Made by a program: the position numbers and the translations under genes. From positions 1 through 26,335 of the forward strand of contig CBDBZY010000063.1 in assembly GCA_965213685.1 (NCBI GenBank): a stretch of DNA of 26,335 bases. The letters run 5' to 3'. Under the pieces are notes generated by a model. The model had not been told where the DNA came from. It saw only the letters and a list, made by a program, of their open reading frames with translations, and did no database searches. Below, piece by piece: positions 9,775 to 22,768 of the stretch; position 1 is the first letter of the stretch; each line of letters opens with the position of its first letter. Source of the stretch: a bacterium. GTDB lineage: Bacteria; UBA8248.

Positions 9775-10797
9775 GTGCCGGAGAAGAAAAAGAAGAAGGC
9801 TCCCGAAGCCGCAGCCCCCAAGAAAGCGCCCCGCAGGAGAGTGGCGAGGCAGGCGGCGGACGTTCGCGGCTGGGCGCCCGGAGTCCCAAGGGAGAAGCCC
9901 AAGGGACGAACCTATGATGGCCTGCTGCGGGTCAACGCGAAGCCTAGGCGGGCGGATCGGATTTTTTTCGGCACGGGTGGGGTTCCGCATTCGGCCAGGC
10001 CGCAAACCCACCCGGAGGCGGTGCGCCGGCTCCACGCGCTGGGGCTGGGCGTCTACGAGATGGAGTTTGTGCACGGCGTCCGCATCCGGCCGCAGACGTG
10101 CGAGGAGGTGAAATCCGCCCAGGCCGAGACGGGCGTTCGCGTCACGGCGCATGGCCCCTATTACGTGAACCTGTATTCGCTCGAGGAGGAGAAGGTGGCG
10201 GCGAGCCGCAAGCGCGTGCTGGACACCGCCCGCGCACTGGCCGCGTGCGGGGGCGACGGGGCGTGCTTTCACCCGGGGTTTTATCAGAAGCGGGACCGGA
10301 AGGAGGTCTACGACTTCATCCGGAACCAGGTAGGGGAGCTCGCCGACATTCTGGAGGAGGAGGGCTGTCCGGTTCGCCTGGACCCCGAGACGACGGGCAA
10401 GGGCAGCCAGTTCGGCTCCCTCCAGGAGATCGCCGACATGGGCGGTGCCCTCCAGGACAAGAACGTCGGGCTGACGATAGACTTCGCCCACATTCACGCC
10501 CGCTCGGCCGGGGCGAACAACACCTATGAGGAGTTCGGCGCCCAGCTCGAGCTCCTGAAAGACAAGATGGGCGCGGAGGCGCTCAAGACCATGCACATTC
10601 ACCTCTCGGGCATCGCGTATTCGGACAAGGGCGAGGCGCACCATCTCGAGCTCGACGAGTCGGACATGAATTATCCGGACCTGTTCCGCGCGCTGATAGA
10701 TTTCGGGGTGGAGGGACGGGTGGTGTGCGAGAGCCCGGCCCTGGAGTATGACGCCCTCATCATGCAAAAAACATACAGAAAGCTGAACGGCGGCTAG
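9775..10797 (+). CDS. nfo: Endonuclease IV (AP endonuclease family 2 TIM barrel) with basic N-terminal extension
   Basis: FGTGGVP, MEFVHGV, HGPYYVNL, FHPGFY, PETTGKGSQFG, IDFAHIHAR, HIHLSGI, CESP; GAGGT RBS before GTG 9775 (start uncertain). Confidence 0.85.
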   Translation: MPEKKKKKAPEAAAPKKAPRRRVARQAADVRGWAPGVPREKPKGRTYDGLLRVNAKPRRADRIFFGTGGVPHSARPQTHPEAVRRLHALGLGVYEMEFVHGVRIRPQTCEEVKSAQAETGVRVTAHGPYYVNLYSLEEEKVAASRKRVLDTARALAACGGDGACFHPGFYQKRDRKEVYDFIRNQVGELADILEEEGCPVRLDPETTGKGSQFGSLQEIADMGGALQDKNVGLTIDFAHIHARSAGANNTYEEFGAQLELLKDKMGAEALKTMHIHLSGIAYSDKGEAHHLELDESDMNYPDLFRALIDFGVEGRVVCESPALEYDALIMQKTYRKLNGG

Positions 10798-10891
10798 CCC
10801 GCGCCCGTCCCTCCCCGCGGGGATTCCGCGGGCGGGCGAAGCGGGCGAGCCTCCCCCCTCCCTGTACCCGGTTCGACAAAGGAGCGTCGCC

Positions 10892-12262
10892 ATGACGATT
10901 GCAGAGGAGATCGCGGCGTTTGCCGCGGCGAGGAGTTTTGACGATCTCTCCGAGGAGATGCGCGGGCAGGCGAAGATGCTCATGCTCGACACCATCGGCT
11001 GCGCCATCGGCTCCCTGGGCGCGGCACCCGTCCGCCTCCTGCGCGCGCAGGCGGACGATTTCGGCGGCGCGCCCCGCTGCGCACTCATCGGCGGGGGGAG
11101 AACCGCGCCCGACAGGGCGGCGTTCTACAACACCGCGCTGATTCGCTACCTGGATTTCAACGACGGGTTCATGGGGAGGCTCGCCACGTCACACCCCAGC
11201 GACAACGCGGGCAGCGTGATGGCGGCGGCGGAATACGCAGACGCGAGCGGGGCGGAGTTCATGACCGCCCTTGCCGTGGCGTATGAGGTGCAGTGTCGGC
11301 TTTGCGACAGCGCGCCTTATGAGAAGAGAGGGTTTGATCAGCCCATGGCGGGTGCCTATGCCGTGGCGGCGGGCTGCGCGCGCGCCCTGGGCCTAGACGC
11401 AGGCAGGACGGCCCACGCCATCGCCCTCAGCGGGGTGCGCCAGAATCCCCTCCTCATCACGCGCACCGGCGAGATCTCCCATTGGAAGGGGTTCGCCTAC
11501 GCGGCCGCCGGGCACAGCGGGGTGCACTCGACGTTTCTGGCCATGCGCGGGGTGACCGGCCCCCTCCTGCTGGTGGAGGGTCCCTTCGGCGTTTTCGAGT
11601 CGGTGACGGGAGAGTTCGAGGTGGACTGGTCGGACGCGCGCCTGGGCAAGATGCTCGAGATCAGCGTGAAGCGCTACAACGCGGGCCTCCACTCCCAGAC
11701 GGCCATCGAGGGCGTCATCGGCATGAAGCGCGCGCACGGCTTCCGGCCCGAGGACGTCGAGGACGTCGAGATCGGAATTTACGAGCGCGCCTATTTCATC
11801 ATGGGGGGAGGGAAGGCCGGCGCGCGCGAGCACGTGCGGAACAAGGAGACGGCGGACCACAGCCTGCCCTACGTGCTCGCGGCCGCCATCATCGACGAGC
11901 AGGTTCTGCCGGCCCAATACGAGGAGGAGAGAATCCGCGCGGAGGACGTGCAGGTGCTTCTCAAGAGGGTGCGCACCACGAATTCCGACGAGATGACGGC
12001 GCGCTATCCCGCGCAATCCCCCGTCCGGATAGCCATCACCCTGAAAGACGGCGCGGTGCACGAGATGGACAAGCCCGCCTGGGAGGGGCACTTCTCCTCC
12101 CCCATGCGGTGGGAGACGGTGCGCGAGAAGTTCGAGGCACTCAGCGAGGCGCGCGCGGACGCCTCCCTGCGCGGGGAGATAGCGGACGCCGTCTCGAGGC
12201 TCGACGCCATTCGGTTCAAGGAGCTGACGGGGCTGCTGGAGAGGGTGGAGACGCCCGGGTAG
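10892..12262 (+). CDS. MmgE/PrpD family protein (2-methylcitrate dehydratase-like)
   Basis: LDTIGCAIG, RYLDFND, HPSDN, AVAYEV, KETADHSLPY; AGGAG RBS. Confidence 0.92.
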   Translation: MTIAEEIAAFAAARSFDDLSEEMRGQAKMLMLDTIGCAIGSLGAAPVRLLRAQADDFGGAPRCALIGGGRTAPDRAAFYNTALIRYLDFNDGFMGRLATSHPSDNAGSVMAAAEYADASGAEFMTALAVAYEVQCRLCDSAPYEKRGFDQPMAGAYAVAAGCARALGLDAGRTAHAIALSGVRQNPLLITRTGEISHWKGFAYAAAGHSGVHSTFLAMRGVTGPLLLVEGPFGVFESVTGEFEVDWSDARLGKMLEISVKRYNAGLHSQTAIEGVIGMKRAHGFRPEDVEDVEIGIYERAYFIMGGGKAGAREHVRNKETADHSLPYVLAAAIIDEQVLPAQYEEERIRAEDVQVLLKRVRTTNSDEMTARYPAQSPVRIAITLKDGAVHEMDKPAWEGHFSSPMRWETVREKFEALSEARADASLRGEIADAVSRLDAIRFKELTGLLERVETPG

Positions 12263-12341
12263 CGCAAAATCCTGCGCGGGCTACGCCGGGAGCGCGCCCC
12301 GCCGCCGGGACGATTCGCGCCCGTTTCATGGGAGGTCGCCG

Positions 12342-12587
12342 ATGTCGGACAGGAAAGTGACGGTCTATTCATCTTCCACATGAGCGCCATGCAGGTCGGT
12401 GAGAGCGTTTCTCTCCCATCATGGCGTGGCCTACACCGAGAAACTCGTGGATGAGGACGAGGAGGCCCTAGAGGAGTTGTTCCAACGGGCGAACATGCGG
12501 GCGGCGCCCGTGATATTCGTGGGCGACGAGAAGGTGGTCGGCTTTGATCGGGCGCGGCTCGAAGCGTTGTTGGGGATCGGCCGGTGA
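12342..12587 (+). CDS. Glutaredoxin/NrdH-like redoxin, probable selenoprotein (UxxC; Sec = TGA 12381-12383), 81 aa
   Basis: GGAGG RBS, ATG 12342, MSDRKVTVYSSST-[TGA]-APCRSVRAFLSHHGVAYTEK...AAPVIFVGDEKVVGFD; TGA sits at the first Cys of the CxxC motif. Confidence 0.88.
12384..12427 (+). promoter_or_regulatory. Putative bacterial SECIS element for the glutaredoxin UGA
   Basis: Lower stem GCGCCATG/CATGGCGT, upper stem GAGAG/CTCTC, apical loop CGTTT starting about 22 nt after UGA. Confidence 0.65.
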
Positions 12588-12883
12588 AGGAAAATGCGCG
12601 CGCGCTTCGGTGCCCCGGCTGAGGCCGGGAGGTGCCCATCCCGTGGGATGCGGAGGCGGGCGACCTGGTGGACTGCGATAACTGCGCGGGCGTGAAATTC
12701 CGCTTGGGCGCGGCGGGAGGGGCGGAAGTCCTCACCATCGTGCAGATGGTTTCATGCCCCCTTTGCGGGGAGCGTCTGCCGGTGGACGACGCGACGCCCG
12801 CCGGTGCCATCGTCGAGTGCGACGGCGAAAAACTCCGTCTCGCCAAGGCGTTCGGCGCGTTCGTCCTGGAGCGAACGCTGTAG
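12584..12883 (+). CDS. Tandem LysW-like zinc-ribbon protein, candidate selenoprotein (CxxU; TGA 12620-12622), 99 aa
   Basis: GTG overlaps the grx stop (GTGA); VKENARALRCPG-[TGA]-GREVPIPWDAEAGDLVDCDNC...CPLCGERLPVDDATPAGAIVECDG; repeat 1 CPGUG aligns with repeat 2 CPLCG. Confidence 0.72.
12637..12650 (+). promoter_or_regulatory. Putative SECIS apical hairpin for the zinc-ribbon UGA
   Basis: CATCC-CGTG-GGATG; loop begins about 19 nt after UGA and starts CGT like the glutaredoxin hairpin. Confidence 0.5.
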
Positions 12884-12899
12884 GGGGGCTCGCCCCCGC

Positions 12900-12943
12900 C
12901 CGAGGGACCCCTCGCGGGGGGTTGGCATGGCGCGGGGCGGGTG
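12900..12943 (+). repeat. Left copy of island-flanking direct repeat
   Basis: CCGAGGGACCCCTCGCGGGGGGTTGGCATGGCGCGGGGCGGGTG; matches 26214-26254 apart from homopolymer lengths. Confidence 0.85.
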
Positions 12944-13008
12944 TTGGCGGCGCGCAGTGGTTTTCTGCCCGCCCGGAAATCTTTTTTGGGTTCCGAAACC
13001 TCGTGCGG

Positions 13009-16148
<3,140 letters not shown>

Positions 16149-16149
<1 letters not shown>

Positions 16150-16634
16150 CACAGGACAAACCGGGCGCGCTCGCGGCGGAGCATTTCATAGGGGTTCATG
16201 CAACACAGGCCGAGACGGTCGCAAGCGTTCGGAATCTTGATTTTGTGGATGGTGTCAGCGAAGACTTCGTGGGTGACGACGGCACAGTCAAGAGCCAGCG
16301 CGTGCGCGACAAGAAAGCAATCGGCACCCCTTAGAAAGGTGTCGACGGCGGCCGACTTGTATTCATTGCCGTTCGCCCAATCGCTGACGGCGCGAAGCTT
16401 CGAAACCACGGCCTCGTCCGGCTTCAGAAAGAACCCGTCGCCCCGCTCCGCGGCCCACTTCGCCAGTTCGTCGTTTCCCTCTTGCAGTTCGCCCAAGACC
16501 TCCTCGACGCTGGCGACGGTGCCCGCGCCGTTCTGCTCGACCAGCCAATCCCAGAAGGCGGGGCAGAAATCGAAGCCGTAGTGCCGGTTCTTGGCCTGAA
16601 TGAACACGTTCGCGTCGATGAGATAGGCGGTCAT
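16149..16634 (-). CDS. DUF4411 family PIN-like domain protein
   Basis: [31 protein letters not shown]...[22 protein letters not shown]; ATGA overlap with the upstream gene. Confidence 0.88.
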
Positions 16635-17788
16635 TCCATCACCCCGACTTCGCGCCCGATATTGTTGAAGGTCTCGGTCTTCTTGACGCCCAACATCCGG
16701 AACGCATCCCGATAGAGGGTCCGCCCTTCGAGCGTGCTCACGACCAGTGCGCGCGCGAACCGCCGCCCGACCCGTGCGACCGTCGTGCGATAGAAGTCGC
16801 CGCCCGCGCGGCGCGCCTTGACGAGCTTCCGCAGACGTTCGTTCTCTTGTGCCCATTCTTTGTCAAAACGAGCGCGGGTGATCCGGCCCGCATCGAGCAG
16901 GCGGCGCAATATGACCAGCGTGCTGACCTTGTAGAGGCCCGCCAGTCGGGGCAGCGCGTCCGGCGGCGATTCGTTCGGTTGCAGATCGGATCGCAAGGCT
17001 TCCAGCGGCACCAGAAACTCCGCTGCCACCGCGTTGCACCACACCTCCTCGCGCCGGAAGCCCGACGCCGGCGCCGCGCCGAGATTCGACAGAGCGGACA
17101 CGCCAAGCCAGATATGCGCAAGCTCATGGGCGAGCGTGAACATCTGCGCCGCTTTCGTGTCCGCGCCGTTGACGAAGATTAGCGGTGCGAGGGGATCCGG
17201 CAGGGCGAAACCGCGAAACTCCTCGGGATTGAGACGGCGGCGGTTGTTGTTTGCTACCACGCCATTGATCATGACGAGGACGCCGGCCTCCTCGGCCTGG
17301 CGGATAAACGGGCGAAGGGCGTCGGGCCCCGTCGAGTGCTTCCGGCGGGCGGCCAGATCGAAACCCAAAACCTCTCGCATATCGGCCGCGACAGTTTCAG
17401 GGGATGTCTTGGTCGAGGTGCTGCCGACGAAGCCGAGAGCCGGCTCGCCGGCGGCACGAGCGAAATCCCGATACCAGCTCTGCCGTTCCTGGCAGGCGTA
17501 GATCGTGTCCAGCAAGTCCGGGCTGGGCCGCGTGACCGCGTGTCCGGCGAGGGTGCGGAAGTCCGGAATGGGAAGGGCTTCCTCCGGCGGTTCCGAGAGG
17601 AACAGGTAACCGATTGGCACATGGACCGCGCGCGCAAACGCCTCCAATTGCTTCAGGGTGGGCTGGACGTCGCCGTTCTCCCATTCGGGCAGTTTTTTGA
17701 ATTTTTTCGCCGCCAGAGATTCTTGCCGGATGTCGGCGCGCTCGCGCGCCCAGCGGAGAAGATCGGGATTGACGGGGACGCGGATCAT
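16631..17788 (-). CDS. XRE HTH fused to ImmA/IrrE-family metallopeptidase
   Basis: N-terminal LLRWARER..WENGDVQPTLKQLEAFA; FRGFAL..IFVNGADTKAAQMFTLAHELAH (HExxH); CNAVAAEFLVP. Confidence 0.92.
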   Translation of the reverse strand: MIRVPVNPDLLRWARERADIRQESLAAKKFKKLPEWENGDVQPTLKQLEAFARAVHVPIGYLFLSEPPEEALPIPDFRTLAGHAVTRPSPDLLDTIYACQERQSWYRDFARAAGEPALGFVGSTSTKTSPETVAADMREVLGFDLAARRKHSTGPDALRPFIRQAEEAGVLVMINGVVANNNRRRLNPEEFRGFALPDPLAPLIFVNGADTKAAQMFTLAHELAHIWLGVSALSNLGAAPASGFRREEVWCNAVAAEFLVPLEALRSDLQPNESPPDALPRLAGLYKVSTLVILRRLLDAGRITRARFDKEWAQENERLRKLVKARRAGGDFYRTTVARVGRRFARALVVSTLEGRTLYRDAFRMLGVKKTETFNNIGREVGVME

Positions 17789-18624
17789 GGACGCTCTCCC
17801 GCCAGGTTCGCCAGAGCGGCCTTCAGGACTTGGAAGCAGACTTTGGCGGTGTGTTCATCCGGCGCAAAGCCCGAGATCATCTGCTCGTGTGGGTGGATGT
17901 AGTTTCGGAAATTGCGCAAGCCGTGCCCGAACTGCTTGATGTCGGGCTTCAGAACGCCGACTTCGTCAGCAACGTCGATCAACTGCGCAAGGCTCCATTC
18001 ATGGAAGGGTTTCGGCGATTCTTTCGCTTTCGCTGTTTTCGGCGTCGCATTCGCCTGATTGAAGCGCGCTGGATCCTGCCTGGCTACGCCAAGCAGCAAA
18101 GCTTCCAACACGCTGCCGCACAGGAATATCACGGACAAATGAGCACCTGCGTCAAGCACGACGCACGCCTCCTTAATCCGTGCTTCGATTATTGGCACGA
18201 CCTGCGCGTCAATCGGCATTTTTTGAATTTTCGGAACCGCGAACTCGCGCGCCAGAAACTCGGCTTCGGTCGTGGCGGGGCGAGGGACGGCAGATTGACC
18301 GGTCAGCCGTGCGACGATGCCGCGCGCCTTTTCCAGCAATTTCTTGTCCGGGTCCTTCTTTGCGAGGTCGCAGTATGTCTCATAGGAGTCCAGCATCTCG
18401 GACAGCACCTTGCCTACCAGATCGTCGGGTTCCAATGTCCAAAACGCACGGAGCTTTTTCGCCTTTGACGTTCCATAAGTCTTATATTTTTGCCCGTGGA
18501 CGTCGACCTTGTATTTAAGAAAAAAATCGCCAAACGTAGCGTCCGTGAAGTCGAGAACATAGCCGCCGCTCATTTCGAGGAGTTCTTCGAGGTAGCGCTT
18601 ATCGCTACTCGTCAACGAACTCAT
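17785..18624 (-). CDS. Putative defence protein: Abi-associated N-terminal domain plus HEPN-like C-terminal domain
   Basis: N-term MSGGYVLDFTD..GTSKAKKLRAFW; C-term CGSVLEALL..WSLAQLID..LRNFRNYIHP (R-x-H HEPN-type motif); lower GC; coupled ATGA overlaps on both sides. Confidence 0.65.
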   Translation of the reverse strand: MSSLTSSDKRYLEELLEMSGGYVLDFTDATFGDFFLKYKVDVHGQKYKTYGTSKAKKLRAFWTLEPDDLVGKVLSEMLDSYETYCDLAKKDPDKKLLEKARGIVARLTGQSAVPRPATTEAEFLAREFAVPKIQKMPIDAQVVPIIEARIKEACVVLDAGAHLSVIFLCGSVLEALLLGVARQDPARFNQANATPKTAKAKESPKPFHEWSLAQLIDVADEVGVLKPDIKQFGHGLRNFRNYIHPHEQMISGFAPDEHTAKVCFQVLKAALANLAGERP

Positions 18625-19830
18625 GAGATCACCTCCCCCGCCTCGGCGAGGCGGATTTCGCCCGAGATGAGTTTTGGAAGGAGGAGGTCGCGGGCCTCGG
18701 AGAGCGTAAGGCTTTCATTAGAATGAAGCCTGAATTGCTCGAAGAGGGGTCCAACCACCTTCTCAAAGGCCACTGCCACATCAGAACCAGATGCCGGAAA
18801 CGGTATCGCTTTCAGGTTTTTCTGGTTCAGCTTTGGTTGAACGGTGCCGGTAACGTATGGAGTTATGTCTGTTTGTTGAAGGAAACACAACAACATCTCA
18901 TTCGAGATGCCTTTTCCCCTGAGAACATGAGCATGGTTGTTTGCCCAGAATTGACCCCAAACATATTGCGTAAAGGGTTTTCCGTCCGGTTTGGTGACCG
19001 ATCCATCTTCGCCGAGTAGGATGTGAACTCCTTCAAACAAGTAGTCCTCTACGTAATCTATCACTCCGGCCGCGCCATGATATGGATAGGGCCCTTGGCG
19101 TTGCTCGCGTTCTCGGGATGATAGCGGGATGCGTTTAGAATCGAGGATTTCGATCTGATCCCCTAGCAGCGAAACCTCCCACCCCGCCGGCTTGCCCGCA
19201 TCGTCCAGTGTGTCGGGAAAGAGCTCCCAGAGTTCGGGGGCGAGGTAGGGGGGGCGGCCCTCCATCTTGGCGCGGGTGGGGCCGAAATCCACGAACCAGT
19301 CCCGGAAGATCGCCCGCGCCATCTCCTCCAGCGTCTCGTTCATCCGCCGGTTCAGGTCGATCTTGTCGTCCAGTGTGCCCAGCACGTGTGCGATGGCGCG
19401 TTGTTCGGGGAGAGGGGGAAGAAGTATTCCGTGGCGTGCCGAATAATCCCACTTTGCTCGGGGCATGCGTGTTCCTTCAGACCCGGAGACTGAATGTTCG
19501 ATGAATTGCGGCGAGGCCACACAGTAGTGAAGAAATCTCTGATCTATGCCTTCCTTGGCACGGATGACCCAAATGTCGGTTGAACAAATACCATTGAATG
19601 GCGCCTCGATAACCTTGCGAAAGTATGGCCGGAGCTTTCCGAACAAAGTATCGCCCTTCTTGAAGCGTGACTTCGTACTCGTCACATCACTTGCTTGCCC
19701 ATGCTTGAGTAGGGATAAGGTGTTTTCTCCAATATGCTCAAGGCCGATATAGAGCATGTTCTCTGCATCAGATGGAGATACTGTTTCGCGGATTAAATCC
19801 GCGCACTCTTCAAGCGTTACCTCCTCCCAC

Positions 19831-19838
<8 letters not shown>
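18621..19838 (-). CDS. hsdS: Type I restriction specificity subunit
   Basis: Two low-GC TRDs separated by a high-GC conserved spacer ([42 protein letters not shown]); C-term [14 protein letters not shown]; ATG 19838 overlaps the hsdM end. Confidence 0.94.
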
Positions 19839-21380
<1,542 letters not shown>

Positions 21381-22162
21381 GTGGTCCTTGCCCGTTGTTC
21401 TCCGACGAAGACGCAGGTGCCCCTCTCCGCTCCGCGAATTGCGCTGCGGGCCGGGTCGATGCAGCTCCGGCAGCGAGAGGTCGCTCGCCTTCAGCGTAGC
21501 CGACGCTGCCCGGCAGAGCAATATATGGCGGGTGGTTCGCGGGAAGGCCGCAAGCGGTGCCGAATCGATGCGACGCCTGTGGTCAGGACGGACGCCCTCC
21601 ATCCCTGGGACCCGGTGCTTCTCGGCTAGCACATCCGCCGCAATCACCCGGCGTATCGCTACATGCGCGACGGGGATGGCGACGCCCCGCTCCGATGCCG
21701 TGTATCCATGAAACCAGACAGGCTCGACGAGGCCGTCCTGGCCCTTCTCTATCGAGGATGGATATTGCGGTATGACAAATGAGACGTCGCTCGCGACAGC
21801 CAAGTCTTGCGGAACGTCTGCTGCCGAAGCCCACTTCGTCATCCAGGCTGGCGAGGTTGAGTTCCCTGACGATCAACTCAAGGAGCTTCGTTCGAAGATC
21901 CTCGCCGTTGCTCCACGACTCAAAACGGATTTCGTCGTTTTCGAGGCGGTTCCAGATTTCGTCCGTAGCGGGACCCGGGATACCCCCGAACCAGCCGGCC
22001 AGCAACAAGTCGGCGCGGGTCGTTCCGCGTTGCCGGTGCGGAATGGTGCGCTTCGCATAACCGCGGCCGACCTGCGGAAAGCGCTGCTCGATACCCTCTG
22101 GTTCGAATCCGCGCACAATGTCCACGAACGGTCGACCACTTCCGGTGGGAGGAAGCTCGCGC

Positions 22163-22277
22163 GGGTCGCCCGGGCGCAGATAGCGCGCGCGCCCGTCCTC
22201 GAGGCGGAATGGCACTTGGCCATTCTTCACCCCGGCCACCTCCGCAGTCTGGCTGTTGACGAGGCCGAGGCCGGCGC
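22163..22277 (-). pseudogene. Fragment resembling the helicase region of a conjugative relaxase (MobF/TrwC-TraI type)
   Basis: AGLGLVNSQTAEVAGVKNGQVPFRLEDGRARYLRPGDP, recalled as similar to the segment just before the final helicase motifs of such relaxases. Confidence 0.45.
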
Positions 22278-22330
22278 CGTGTTCCCGCTCTTCGACTGAA
22301 CGGAATGAACAAGGAGACGTCTGCTTTGAT

Positions 22331-22768
22331 CTATGACCGCAGAATGTTGGGAAGCCACCTCCAGAGCCTCTTGGTCGCTCCCTTTCGGGCGGATTCCTCA
22401 GTCCGCTGGAAAGCGATCGCACGCTCTCCGTAGTACCTCTCCTTCAATCTGCGCTCCTGTGTGCGGCCAGCGGTGATTCTGCTAGCTGGCCATTGCCTCG
22501 CCCATCTCACCGTGCTCTCGCTTATCCAGTAGTGCGATCGGCACTCGAAGCTCCAGTTCCCGATCGACGGGTTCAGAGAAATCGACACGCCATCGTAGAT
22601 AAGGGTCCAGTCCGTGGGAGTCAGTGGTGTCACGACATCACGTCCGCATCCGCAGCAGCACTTGTGCACCACCGTCGCGTAGTTCACGGACACATAGAGC
22701 GTCCGCTCTTTGAGATCGTTTGGAATAGTCTTGACGAATTCGTGTGCGAGAACCATCGGCCACTTCAT
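22331..22768 (-). CDS. DUF6527 family Cys/His-rich protein
   Basis: HKCCCGCGRDVVTPL..W..SLNPSIGNWSFECRSHYWI; ATGA overlap with the E2-E1 gene. Confidence 0.85.
   Translation of the reverse strand: MKWPMVLAHEFVKTIPNDLKERTLYVSVNYATVVHKCCCGCGRDVVTPLTPTDWTLIYDGVSISLNPSIGNWSFECRSHYWISESTVRWARQWPASRITAGRTQERRLKERYYGERAIAFQRTEESARKGATKRLWRWLPNILRS

Noticed and set aside
10798-10860. GC hairpin after nfo as an intrinsic terminator
   Set aside because: Stem present (CCCGCGG/CCGCGGG) but no U-tract; function unsupported.
12381-12622. Alternative genetic code (UGA = Trp/Gly) as explanation of the in-frame TGAs
   Set aside because: Many genes here end properly at TGA (rsmI, yihA, DUF1015, hsdR) and Trp is encoded by TGG; both TGAs sit at Cys-motif positions.
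12584-12883. Calling the zinc-ribbon gene lysW
   Set aside because: No C-terminal EDWGE motif, the domain is duplicated, and no lysX/argX genes are nearby.
21772-22299. 175-aa + strand ORF as a real gene
   Set aside because: No recognisable family; reads like the antisense of the minus-strand remnants. Not fully excluded.
22731-22743. TTGACGAATTCGT identical to 24511-24523, possible second operator
   Set aside because: Lies within coding sequence, and a few 13-mer matches are expected by chance in 26 kb.
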